Below, piece after piece: positions 1 to 9,454 of a stretch of 64,000 bases of DNA (position 1 is the first letter of the stretch; the number at the start of each line of letters is the position of its first letter). The notes beneath the pieces are model-generated. The model was not told where the DNA came from and ran no database searches. It was given only the letters and a program-made list of their open reading frames with translations. Origin of the DNA: Candidatus Oxydemutatoraceae bacterium (GTDB taxonomy: Bacteria > Pseudomonadota > Gammaproteobacteria > Poriferisulfidales > Oxydemutatoraceae); the NCBI GenBank assembly GCA_965219575.1, contig OZ244779.1, positions 2,028,769 to 2,092,768 on the forward strand, in the 5' to 3' direction. A program made the position numbers and the translations under genes.

Positions 1-478
1 CTGCACGAGCGGTATTGCGTTCATCGAAATCATATTCTATAAAAGCTTGCTCCAGTTCGACTTCTCCCGGTTGACCTTCTCCGGCGAGTGCATGTTCTAT
101 CTCAACTTCGGAAAAAAACCTCAACCTGTCGGTGAACTCATGACCGAAGAATAGCACGAAACGATGAAAGTCTAATTGCCTAAAATTATCACCTTCGTCG
201 CGGCTCCAGTTATTATAGTGCAGTTCGCCGTAACCTCCCAGTGAGGTTCTGTCCCAGAAAGAAGATTGAGCACCACTGTACGATTCAACTGCTTCCGCAG
301 TCACTTCAACCGCCTGTTTATTCTCTTCGACATCTTGATCAATTGCTTCTAATTTCTGTTGCATCGATTCTAATTGTGCTTGCAACGCTTCCATCTGTTG
401 TTTCAGTATACTAAGCTCATCCGTTTGAGCAGTAACTTGGCAGGGTGCAATCATTAACAATAAAAACAGACTGCTCAT
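1..478 (-). CDS. Outer-membrane porin-like protein with N-terminal coiled coil (5' part; runs off the window start)
   Basis: Manual translation from ATG 478: MSSLFLLLMIAPCQVTAQTDELSILKQQMEALQAQLESMQQK...GGYGELHYNN...LDFHRFVLFFGHEFTDRLRFFSEVEIEH...GEVELEQAFIEYDF. It shows a hydrophobic signal segment, a coiled coil and amphipathic beta strands. Not in the ORF track. The RBS-linked ATG at 522 is out of frame (see findings). Confidence 0.75.
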   Translation of the reverse strand, partial: MSSLFLLLMIAPCQVTAQTDELSILKQQMEALQAQLESMQQKLEAIDQDVEENKQAVEVTAEAVESYSGAQSSFWDRTSLGGYGELHYNNWSRDEGDNFRQLDFHRFVLFFGHEFTDRLRFFSEVEIEHALAGEGQPGEVELEQAFIEYDFDERNTARA

Positions 479-824
479 AAAGCAATAAATTTTTGTTCGC
501 TTTTCATTAAATAGCTTTTCATAAATATAGACTCCTTTTCTAAATCTAAACAATAATAATAATAATTCTAATTAAAGTTATAAGTAGTGTTATTATTATG
601 GTTATTATTTAGATGTCAATACCTTTATGAAAATATTTTTTTATAGATATTCAAAGGAGTTTTGGGGGCTTATTTCAAGGATGTGACGTTGCCCCATTTT
701 TAGGACCACTTGCAATGTCAGTTTTCATGCTGTTGTTTGCGCAAATACACTGGGGGGTTTATTTAAGGTTACGATTTCTCAGTTATAATGGCTATAATAG
801 CAAATCTTATAAATATAGGAGTAA

Positions 825-1097
825 ATGAAGATGTCAGAAATCGCACTATACAACGCATTGACTAAATTAGGACTAAAGCACGACGAAGCAAAGGAGGCTG
901 TTGCCGATGTTGCTAGTTCAAAGGATGTGGCAACTAAGGCAGATTTAGCAAAGTTAGAAACAAGGCTAATAGAAAGAATGGCAGAACAAGAAACAAAGCT
1001 AACGCGGCAAATGTATGCTATGGCAGGGGTAATCATTGGAGCGATTGGGGCAATAATAGCCGTCGCTGGATTGATGATAAGGGTTTTTATGATGTGA
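825..1097 (+). CDS. Small DUF1640/CCDC90-like coiled-coil membrane protein
   Basis: Contains the ATKADL coiled-coil motif and a C-terminal TM helix. AGGAG RBS upstream. Paralogs at 29824 and 30707. Confidence 0.7.
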   Translation: MKMSEIALYNALTKLGLKHDEAKEAVADVASSKDVATKADLAKLETRLIERMAEQETKLTRQMYAMAGVIIGAIGAIIAVAGLMIRVFMM

Positions 1098-1106
1098 AGC
1101 ACATAT

Positions 1107-1363
1107 GGGGCTATTGAAAAAGTATTGGTAGCGCAAAAATCCACCCGCTTGCGCCATGAATTTATAATAACCACCAAGCCGTAGGGACAGACCTGTGTGT
1201 CTGCCCTAAAGTACCGTTCTGCACGGCTGGAACCGCTTGCGCCGTATGGTTTTGGTTTCCATAAATCGGGTGGATGAATGTATCAATCGTGCCGACCAAC
1301 GCGCTACGGGCGGACATGCTAGTCCGCCCCTACAACTTTATGAAATACTTTTTCAACAGCCCC
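1107..1363. mobile_element. MITE with GGGGCTRTTGAAAAA terminal inverted repeats and internal REP-like palindromes
   Basis: Ends are GGGGCTATTGAAAAA and TTTTTCAACAGCCCC. Internal hairpins are GTAGGGACAGAC..GTCTGCCC and GGGCGGAC..GTCCGCCCCTAC. Confidence 0.8.
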
Positions 1364-1371
1364 ACGACACA

Positions 1372-1582
1372 ACCACCCCGTCAGGCTGAATAGAACCGCC
1401 GATTGAACCAGCAGGTCAATCGGCGTGACTTTGTTCAGAACCTCAACATGACTGCTAAACGCATGCATTGCAAAATGCATAGGCCACCCCTCCATAGGAG
1501 GGGAATGTACTAGTACTACACTTGTGCAAATTTTCCACGACCACCCGTCGGGCTATGCCTACCGCCCCTACAAGGAGGGGAA
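1372..1582. repeat. Second repeat family (ACCACCCCGTCAGGCTG...CCCCTCCNNNGGAGGGGAAT), two copies, the first carrying a ~95-bp hairpin insert
   Basis: The same motif recurs at about 8768, 12322, 16241, 16335, 20288, 28888, 29126, 29543 and 55227. Confidence 0.75.
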
Positions 1583-3157
1583 TTAGCTGTCAAAAATTAT
1601 TCTAAAGCCTAAATACGGTGCCTTGAACGAAGCAGGAAGAGGATTTTCAAAATCAATGCGGGCGGTTGCTTCTCCCGGCAGTATGTAATTGCCGCCTTTG
1701 GCAATAATCGCAAAACCCTGTCCGGCAGTGCTTAGGCTTTGCGTCCATTCCGAAACATTGCCGCCCATATTGATGACACCGGCAGCATTGATATCGCCGT
1801 TCTGCTCCAAAGCGGAGAGCGGTTTCATCAGTTGTCTCTCGGCGGTAGCCACATAGTCGGGATTGAAGGTGTTGCCCCAAGGATAAGAATAGTTACCCAT
1901 CGAAGAAGCAGCAATCCATTCGAAACTATTCGGCAATCGTCCGCCGGCCCAATTCGCAAATGCATAAGCCGACCACCAATCTATATCGGTTGCCGGCAAG
2001 TCGTCGTTTTGATAATCGTCCAACCACGGCGGACTATAATCGTGATCTTCGGGTTCCTTCTCGTTTGCGTAAAGCCCGAAGCGCACTAAAGGGTCGTTGA
2101 CGAAGCGTCTGTATTGCGCTCGGGTCACCTCGTGGCGCAATATCCGAAAATCGTTATGGCGATGTTTTTTATCAACCAGTTTTTCGACGATATCGAGTTG
2201 TTTGCGGGATAACCCCGACCCCAATAGTCCCGGTATCTTAGCGTCGTCGGGGAGACCGATACGATACTGCCCTGCATCTACACGTACCGTTTGCGGATGT
2301 TTTTCGGTCCACGGTATTTTCTTCGGTTGCTCGTCGTAGACACATCTGAAACTCACATAAGGAGAACGATAGTTCGCTTCTACGGTACGATAAAAATTGT
2401 TCAAGCCATAAATCTCGTAGGGTTTGTTATATGCGTTGCCACCGTGTATACTCGGTTTCGCTTCTGCGTCGATACCTTGCGCCCATTCGGATGCAACATT
2501 GCCCAGATTGTGTATACCCTGCGGTGTATCCATCTCCTTATGCAAACCGCAGCGTTGTGCGGCATTGAGCCTAGGATCCAAATAAGGCCAGCCCTCGGAG
2601 TTGAAGTCGTTACCCCACGGATAAAGCCGACCTTCGGAACCGCTTGCAATCGCAATCCACTCCGTACGCGTCGGCAGTCGCCCACCGCCCGCTTGACAAT
2701 AAGCATACGCGTCGTAATAGCTAACTCCGTTTGCAGGCGCATCCAAACGACCGCTAATTTTGTGGTCTCGGCTTATGCTTCTATAAGACCAATTTTCAGG
2801 TTGTTCGGGATGTGCTATATCGGTCGGTTTATAAAGTGCATACCACTTTTCAAAAGTGTAGAAATCTTTTTGCCGCACTTCGCATCGATCGACCCATAAA
2901 GGAGGCAATTGCACACTGCGCTCGGACTCCTTTAATATCGGATCAAAAGAGCGTATGCGCCCGAAGGCATATAGATAATCGCTCAAAATTGCATCGAGTT
3001 GCTCACCACGTGCCTCAATGGTTTGATCTTGGGATATATCAACCTGCACCGTATCAAATTGATAAAAAGCGGTACGCAGTTCATATAAACTGAATACCGA
3101 CAGTGCAATGATTATTGCTGCTACGAATAGACTCCCTAGTAGAGGGGTTAGCTTCAT
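1583..3157 (-). CDS. Membrane-anchored protein with two FGE-sulfatase (SUMF1/EgtB/PvdO-like) domains
   Basis: Two copies of the RLPT/NxxEW..A...YPWGN...GNVxEW...GFR motif set, plus an N-terminal TM helix. Confidence 0.85.
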   Translation of the reverse strand: MKLTPLLGSLFVAAIIIALSVFSLYELRTAFYQFDTVQVDISQDQTIEARGEQLDAILSDYLYAFGRIRSFDPILKESERSVQLPPLWVDRCEVRQKDFYTFEKWYALYKPTDIAHPEQPENWSYRSISRDHKISGRLDAPANGVSYYDAYAYCQAGGGRLPTRTEWIAIASGSEGRLYPWGNDFNSEGWPYLDPRLNAAQRCGLHKEMDTPQGIHNLGNVASEWAQGIDAEAKPSIHGGNAYNKPYEIYGLNNFYRTVEANYRSPYVSFRCVYDEQPKKIPWTEKHPQTVRVDAGQYRIGLPDDAKIPGLLGSGLSRKQLDIVEKLVDKKHRHNDFRILRHEVTRAQYRRFVNDPLVRFGLYANEKEPEDHDYSPPWLDDYQNDDLPATDIDWWSAYAFANWAGGRLPNSFEWIAASSMGNYSYPWGNTFNPDYVATAERQLMKPLSALEQNGDINAAGVINMGGNVSEWTQSLSTAGQGFAIIAKGGNYILPGEATARIDFENPLPASFKAPYLGFRIIFDS

Positions 3158-3375
3158 GGCTTTTTTTTGCCTCCTTTACCTAGGAGCTTACCGCCTTTCA
3201 TTAGACCGCCGCCTTTCATCAGACTGCCGCCTTTCATCAGACCGCCGCCTCTCATCAGACCACCGCCTCTCATCAGACCACCGCCTCTTCTCAGACCGCC
3301 GCCCATCAATCCACCACCACCGGATCTGCCTAGAAACCTAGATAGCAAACGAAATAACATAAACATTCCTCTCAT
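3154..3375 (-). CDS. 73-aa Gly/Lys/Arg-rich repeat peptide (GGGLM[RK])n
   Basis: GGAGG RBS 7 nt before the ATG. The stop overlaps the next gene's start (ATGA at 3154-3157). Built from 18-bp tandem repeats. Confidence 0.65.
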   Translation of the reverse strand: MRGMFMLFRLLSRFLGRSGGGGLMGGGLRRGGGLMRGGGLMRGGGLMKGGSLMKGGGLMKGGKLLGKGGKKKP

Positions 3376-3623
3376 AATTTTTCCTCCGCGCTTTTATCGT
3401 AAATCTATTGTAAACAGATTGGCAGCAAAAGAGTGACTGCACAAACTGCCACTTCGTCAGGCGAAGCCTGCCACCCTAAGGGCGGACATACAAGTCCGCC
3501 CCTACAGGTGGATTGGATAATTATACGGCGCATAGCGGTTGGGTTCGTGCAGAACGGTACTTTTTCAACAGCCCCAATGTACCGACACTGTACTTGTGCA
3601 GACACACCACAACCGCCTCGTAT

Positions 3624-5366
3624 TTATGCGGTATTTCCGATGAATCTGCGCAACACGCCGAACAGTAGCAACAACGCGGCAAAACCATAGAATAGGAGTG
3701 CTTCGTTTTCCTTTCTATAAGGGACGCTGGGATAATGCGTCATCACCTGCGTTTGGGCAACGGTTACGCTGTTTTGATCGGCTGCAAACCGCAAACTACC
3801 GTCTCGATTGATCGCCGCATAAACGAAAGCGAGCAGATAATCGTCCCTTTGCGGTGATACGATAGTTGCAATACGCCACCGATATTGATCGGGGTCGGCT
3901 TGTTTGCGAGGCAACAAAATAATACCGTCCTTGTCTAGGTTTATTTTTAAGCCCTTGTAAATTGCCGGATAAAGTCCCACATGCATTCTAACGACGGCAT
4001 CCCCGGGCAATTCGGGAAAAGGCATTTGTTGCGGATTATTCAACAGCAAGGCATTTTCCAGCAGTTGGTTCGGATGCACCGCCAGTGCCGTCACATCGTT
4101 ATCCTCGGTTTGCTGCTCCACATACAAAGGATTTTTATCGGCACCGGATGTCGGGAACATCACGCTTTTAAGATACTCGTAGAAGTTGAGCTCCTCGTCA
4201 CTCAATGCCGGCATCATTGCCGCAGGTAGCAATATGTCGTCTGCAAACTTGAAATTTTGTAGCATTAAATAATTTCCCTCACCGACAGCGCGTTGTGCTT
4301 TTTCCATAAATTGAAAGAGTGCCGCTAAAATGTTTACATATTCTAGTTCCTCGCCGCTTTCGTCGCCCTCCGACATATTGAGATATACATATTCCTGTTC
4401 TTTCTCCGAAGACGACTTTGCCGAAGACGGCGTTGCGGTTCTAAACCGCATAACGCTCGGGAAATCACTACTTTGGTTGCCTCGCCCCAAGCTCTCGGCC
4501 ATCATTTTCGATAACGCATCGAACATCTCGTCGGCAGGTTCGTCCGATCCTTCCCCACTATACTCTTCGCTTTGAGAGTCGGCATTCTCGGCATCGTAAG
4601 CGAGATCGTCGAAGGGATAATTTTCATCGCTGGTCACCGCACCGAGCGAAATATCGGCAGGCATATCCTCCCATATATTCTCGTTATTGCCTCCCTCGCC
4701 TTCGTTTTCGTTTTCTCTAAACTGCTCGGAGTTGCCCGGTTGTTCCGAGGCATTTTCGCTTGTTTCATCGGATGCGGCAATGGCTTCTCCCGGACCGGGT
4801 TCGCTCTTGTTGTCATCTTCTACGGCATTACCGTCATAACCGATGAAGTGCCAATGGCGAGGCATCGGCCCGTAATCTCCGATGATAGACATAGTCAAAT
4901 AAAACGTACGGATATCGTAAATATCTATGCGTATATAACTTCTTTGTATAGGATTCATCTTTGCCAAAAATTCATCGAACGCATTATCGGGTTGCAGTAA
5001 CTCATCGCGACTGAATCTCTGCTTGGTGTAATAGTCCTGTATATAATTGGAGTGCAGTTCGATAATCGGCATAATAGAAGGATGCGGATTGGCATCCATA
5101 GGACTGTTGACATAATCGTGTAGCCTGGCCGGCTGAGAAGTGGGCAGACCGTTCATCACCACCGAGGTTGCCAAATCGCGGCTGAGCAATACCGATATAT
5201 CTTCTACTTCGCTGATACGCGCCTCTTCTTGTTCGTGCTCGATCATCATCGTAAGCACGATCAAGATGATGATCATCGCAACGCTGTTTGCCAGAATGTC
5301 GGCCAATGCAATGCCGGCAAAGCCGGGAAGTAGGCTTCCTTTTCGTGATTGCGCCGCCGTTGCCAT
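3624..5366 (-). CDS. Hypothetical membrane protein with an ExbD/MotB-like N-terminal TM carrying Asp, an acidic linker and a C-terminal TM
   Basis: 580-aa ORF. N-terminal TM LADILANSVAMIIILIV and C-terminal TM LLFYGFAALLLLFGVLRR. 4-bp gap to the upstream gene. Confidence 0.7.
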   Translation of the reverse strand: MATAAQSRKGSLLPGFAGIALADILANSVAMIIILIVLTMMIEHEQEEARISEVEDISVLLSRDLATSVVMNGLPTSQPARLHDYVNSPMDANPHPSIMPIIELHSNYIQDYYTKQRFSRDELLQPDNAFDEFLAKMNPIQRSYIRIDIYDIRTFYLTMSIIGDYGPMPRHWHFIGYDGNAVEDDNKSEPGPGEAIAASDETSENASEQPGNSEQFRENENEGEGGNNENIWEDMPADISLGAVTSDENYPFDDLAYDAENADSQSEEYSGEGSDEPADEMFDALSKMMAESLGRGNQSSDFPSVMRFRTATPSSAKSSSEKEQEYVYLNMSEGDESGEELEYVNILAALFQFMEKAQRAVGEGNYLMLQNFKFADDILLPAAMMPALSDEELNFYEYLKSVMFPTSGADKNPLYVEQQTEDNDVTALAVHPNQLLENALLLNNPQQMPFPELPGDAVVRMHVGLYPAIYKGLKINLDKDGIILLPRKQADPDQYRWRIATIVSPQRDDYLLAFVYAAINRDGSLRFAADQNSVTVAQTQVMTHYPSVPYRKENEALLFYGFAALLLLFGVLRRFIGNTA

Positions 5367-5370
5367 CGCG

Positions 5371-5895
5371 TTACTGCCGCTTGATAACGCGATCTATATA
5401 AGGCGGGATATCGTCGAGCGAAACCGACTTTAATAATTCGCGATCGGCGATAATCCAGCCTATGGTCAATCTATCTCGTATCGTAGGCATTGTCAGACGC
5501 ATACATTCTCGGGCTATTGCCATCGTTCTGACACTGCCTTCCATGATGATAAAGATGAGTTGCTGTTTGGGCTTACCGTAAATCTTTCTGGCGTAGCTCG
5601 CAAAAGGACTGTTGGGCGCGCAAATCTGGTCTTGTTTTAAGACATCGCCGCTCTCTACGATGCGCAACTCGTCGGGAAAAGTCAGTATGGAATAACCGGT
5701 GCCTTGCACACCCCAACTCACTTTGTAATCCCCTTCGTTGTTTATCCCTTCCAAACGCTCCTGCAACGAGAGCTGAGAAAAAGTGTTTATCAGTATAAAT
5801 AAAACCAATAGCAGAGCAAAAACACCGCCGAAAATCTCAACCATCGGCGCGTTGTTCTTCTCTTGATCTTTGAGGCTATCGTGACGACGAATCAT
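5371..5895 (-). CDS. Hypothetical ExbD/TolR-like single-TM protein
   Basis: 174 aa. Its TM APMVEIFGGVFALLLVLFIL resembles the ExbD PMIDVxxxLLIFF motif. Lies directly after the ExbB-like gene. Confidence 0.6.
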   Translation of the reverse strand: MIRRHDSLKDQEKNNAPMVEIFGGVFALLLVLFILINTFSQLSLQERLEGINNEGDYKVSWGVQGTGYSILTFPDELRIVESGDVLKQDQICAPNSPFASYARKIYGKPKQQLIFIIMEGSVRTMAIARECMRLTMPTIRDRLTIGWIIADRELLKSVSLDDIPPYIDRVIKRQ

Positions 5896-5901
5896 TTCAT
5901 C

Positions 5902-6942
5902 TTAAGGTCTAACGGCGAGTATCCGGTTTTCGTAGTTCGTTAGCAGATTGTTCTCCCATCGCTGTATGATGGTTTGTAACAAGGTCAGCACGATGCTCAA
6001 AGACAATGCAATCAATGTTGTATCAAACGCAATTCCCAGCGGGGCTATCGCATCGCCCAACTGATTAGAGAGATTGGCCAAGCCTTGCTGCTCGCCGATA
6101 ATCTTTTGTATGCCGTCGGATGCAAGCGAGATACCATAGACAGTGCCTATAAAACCCAAAATAGGAATAGACCAATTGAAATAACGAGGCAAAATATAGA
6201 AATCCGCCGACTTTTTCCAGATCAAATCGATATAGGTATCCTTCGTTACGGCATTCCGATCATCGAGCAAGCGATGGTAAGTGCGCATCAACAACGAGCG
6301 GTCGGGCTTGTTGATCAGTCGCTGCTCGTTCCATAGCGTATAGCTCTTGCTTAGCAACAGGATCAGACCCCAGCAGAACAATAAAATAGTGAGCGGCGGT
6401 ATAAATCCACGATCTAAGAACTTATTCGTCACTACTATTAGATCCGGATAACGAACCGCAGTGTTATAAATCATCAGCAGTATCGTCGTAGATAAGATAG
6501 TTGCAACCGCCAATGTCAGCACTAGGGGGGGACCCGAGAGTATCGATTCAAGTTTGCGCACCAAATCCTGCTGATATTCGGAGGAGGTGTTATGGTTGAG
6601 TAATATATAAAATATATACAAACCAATGACCGAACTCAATAACGGCAAAGACTTCTCGGGCGTATAACCGTCGGATAGCAAAACCTGATTATTGAGCAAC
6701 GGGATAAATACCTGATAAGTAACGATCAGGCTGATAGCAATCAAAGACAATAATATTAAAAAGCTCAACAGCTTGAGCATCGTCTGTTGTTTTAACATCA
6801 GTCCGACAACCGACAATAGAGCAATCGCTAGACCTACTCCCAAACCGTTGTTCGCAGAGTAGCCTATGTTAATGCCCAAACTGACAAACGCGGCGGGGAA
6901 TAGTACAAACGATGTGATAATAATGATAATTTGGTTCAACAT
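5902..6942 (-). CDS. MotA/TolQ/ExbB proton-channel family protein with extra N-terminal TM helices
   Basis: Motifs IPILGFIGTVYGI and GIAFDTTLIAL are characteristic of the family. Confidence 0.85.
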   Translation of the reverse strand: MLNQIIIIITSFVLFPAAFVSLGINIGYSANNGLGVGLAIALLSVVGLMLKQQTMLKLLSFLILLSLIAISLIVTYQVFIPLLNNQVLLSDGYTPEKSLPLLSSVIGLYIFYILLNHNTSSEYQQDLVRKLESILSGPPLVLTLAVATILSTTILLMIYNTAVRYPDLIVVTNKFLDRGFIPPLTILLFCWGLILLLSKSYTLWNEQRLINKPDRSLLMRTYHRLLDDRNAVTKDTYIDLIWKKSADFYILPRYFNWSIPILGFIGTVYGISLASDGIQKIIGEQQGLANLSNQLGDAIAPLGIAFDTTLIALSLSIVLTLLQTIIQRWENNLLTNYENRILAVRP

Positions 6943-7010
6943 AGCAATACAAGTATTTTATATAAAGTTTCGGATGGGAAACTAGATTATAATACATTCT
7001 ATGGCTATCG

Positions 7011-7613
7011 GTGTGCGTTATGATAAAAATTATTCCCTTAAAAAATTTAACTAATCATTTTATTAAAGGGTATGCTCTGTATCCGCCTTTTCCTGAGGAT
7101 ACCCGAACGGCAATTTTCGCACTCGGGTGCTTTTGGGGCGCAGAGCGTTGCTTCTGGCAAAAACCGGAAGTTCATCTAACCGCAGTGGGCTATGCCGGCG
7201 GAGCGACTGCCAACCCCGACTATCGGGCGGTGTGTGGCGGTAATACCGGACATACCGAGAGCGTGCTGGTCGTGTATCACGACAATCAAAACACCGATAC
7301 GCATAGTGTCTACGAAAAACTGCTCAAGATTTTTTGGGAAACTCACGACCCGACCCAAGGCATGCGACAAGGCAACGACATCGGTAGTCAATACCGCTCC
7401 GCGATATTTTGCTTCGACGACCCGCAATACCAACTAGCACTAAAAACATGTGAAGCCTATCAAGCCCGTCTAAACCGATCGGGCTACGGACAGATTACAA
7501 CCGAAATCATTCGCACCGCAGATTTTTACTACGCAGAAGATTACCACCAACAATATCTCGCCAAGAACCCCGGCGGCTATTGCGGCTTGGGCGGCACCGG
7601 CGTTTGCTTGTAA
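7011..7613 (+). CDS. msrA: Peptide methionine sulfoxide reductase A
   Basis: GCFWG active site, [24 protein letters not shown] and [12 protein letters not shown] motifs. The true start may be ATG 7020. Confidence 0.97.
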   Translation: MCVMIKIIPLKNLTNHFIKGYALYPPFPEDTRTAIFALGCFWGAERCFWQKPEVHLTAVGYAGGATANPDYRAVCGGNTGHTESVLVVYHDNQNTDTHSVYEKLLKIFWETHDPTQGMRQGNDIGSQYRSAIFCFDDPQYQLALKTCEAYQARLNRSGYGQITTEIIRTADFYYAEDYHQQYLAKNPGGYCGLGGTGVCL

Positions 7614-7633
7614 ATTGGGTCTTTCACAAAGCA

Positions 7634-8692
7634 TTAGCCGCAGCGAACGCTATATTTAAGATAGTGATATGTAGTATGCGCACAAGGTGGAGTAACTACT
7701 CGCAGCTTCATTCGCCGATATTTGTATAGCACCCAGGGAATCTGGTCTATTGCCAGAATGTGCGGGGCAAGTGCCGCGTACTTCCATTTCATTGCAGACG
7801 CTTGATTTACCAAATAGGCCGTAGCCGAGTAAGGTATATATATCGGTTCGCCGATACGATGATTCTCGTTTATCGGTTGCAAACTAGTTTTGCGAGGTGC
7901 TGCACCGAGCTGAATCAAACTATGAAGTATTAGAGGTCCGTACAGTATTCTATACGTCTTCCTAAAATATCTACTTTCAGTCCGAGGTGAAAAGAGTTTA
8001 TTTGAAATGATTGTTTTTATAATCTCCTCTTGTTTTGTTTCATACTCTTCAAGAATTTGTTCGATTCTTTGCGACTGCTTAGGGTATAGATCGGAATCGA
8101 TACTATAATGCTCTAATAGTTGTTTTATTTGGTGAACTCTTTTTCGACTTTTCAATGATAATAAAGATCCGATAGCCGTACTTAAAAATGATAAATAATT
8201 GAACTTAGGCTTTCTCTCTACTAATCTTTCTAAATAAGACCAGTTGGTGGGTTGACTAACAAGCAGCAATATATCCCATTCCAACTTGGGAGCCATTTTG
8301 AGAACCTCGGGGAAAGTCGGCAATAACACCGCATCGTCTTCTAGTATGCATGCCTGCTCAATACCATTTTTGACCATCGAGTCATAAATTTTAATATGGC
8401 TTAATATGATAGCAATCTGACCTAGGTTGGCACTTTTCCAGTTTTTGTCTTCCTCGGTTTTCGCATGATCGATGATTGCAGTATATTTGTTTTCTAAAAG
8501 AGATTCGTCAATGTCTAATGATTGCGCAATCCGCATGCGATATGCTTTTGATTCCAGCTCATATTTATCAATATCGTCTACCTCTACAAATTCATACTTC
8601 AGACCAAAAGGATCTAATTGTCTTTGTATATGTAACCTACGCTCGGGGTTACGCTTTAGATTGATAACATAGATAGGAAGAGAAGTTGTCAT
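7634..8692 (-). CDS. Glycosyltransferase family 25 (LPS biosynthesis)
   Basis: IYVINLKRNPERR, LSH and ILEDD motifs. Paralog of the array at 50-62 kb. Confidence 0.9.
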   Translation of the reverse strand: MTTSLPIYVINLKRNPERRLHIQRQLDPFGLKYEFVEVDDIDKYELESKAYRMRIAQSLDIDESLLENKYTAIIDHAKTEEDKNWKSANLGQIAIILSHIKIYDSMVKNGIEQACILEDDAVLLPTFPEVLKMAPKLEWDILLLVSQPTNWSYLERLVERKPKFNYLSFLSTAIGSLLSLKSRKRVHQIKQLLEHYSIDSDLYPKQSQRIEQILEEYETKQEEIIKTIISNKLFSPRTESRYFRKTYRILYGPLILHSLIQLGAAPRKTSLQPINENHRIGEPIYIPYSATAYLVNQASAMKWKYAALAPHILAIDQIPWVLYKYRRMKLRVVTPPCAHTTYHYLKYSVRCG

Positions 8693-8767
8693 TATGATTG
8701 TTCAAAATTAGAATTCGCTTTGCATTATAAAATATCTCCGACAGTAAGTGCTACATAAAAGGCGATA

Positions 8768-9334
8768 TTCCCCTCCTTTGGAGGGGTGGCAGGCGCAGCC
8801 TGACGGGGTGGTCGTGGCGTGGGGGCTGTTGAAAAAGTATCCACGAACCGTAGGGGCGGACTTGCATGTCCGCCCATGACGCGTTGGTCGGCACGATTTA
8901 TACATTCATTCACCCGATTTATGGAAACCAAAACCATGCGGCGCAAGCGGTTGGTGTCGTGCAGAACGGTACTTAAGGGCAGACACACAGGTCTGCCCCT
9001 ACAGGTGGGTTGGATAATTATGTGGCGCAAAGCGGTTGCAATTGTGCAAACACAGTACTTTTTCAACAGCCCCCGGGGTCTTGCACAATGTCACGCCAAT
9101 TGACCTACTGGCTCAATCGGCGGCTCTGTTCTACCTGTAACGCGTTGCGCCTGTACAATTTATACATTTATTCATCCAATTTATGGAAACTAAAACCATA
9201 CGGCGTAAGCGATTACGGCTGTGAAGAACGACACTTTAGGGCAGACACATAAGTCTGCTCCTACAGGTGGGTTGGATAATTATGCGGCGCATAGCGGTTG
9301 GGTTCGTGCAGAACAGTACTTTTTCAACAGCCCC
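8768..9334. repeat. Cluster of nested MITE/REP-like repeats
   Basis: Contains the CCCCTCCTTTGGAGGGG repeat, a left IR at about 8821, right IRs ending near 9074 and 9334, and REP hairpins. Confidence 0.75.
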
Positions 9335-9359
9335 AGCGTGCCTGTACTGATCGAATTCA

Positions 9360-9425
9360 TTTTTACTCAATGTAATGAGTATTTTTACTCAATATATTGA
9401 GTATTTTTACTCAATGCATTGAGTA
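9360..9425. promoter_or_regulatory. Three tandem 22-bp palindromic operator-like units (TTTTTACTCAATNNATTGAGTA)
   Basis: Units at 9360-9381, 9382-9403 and 9404-9425, about 30 bp before the ATPase start. Confidence 0.65.
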
Positions 9426-9454
9426 TTTTTATATTTCTGTGCTATGCTTAGCTC

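Noticed and set aside
3167-3436. Pro-rich (IRPPP)n ORF on the + strand
   Set aside because: It is the antisense shadow of the Gly-rich peptide, which has the RBS and the operon coupling.
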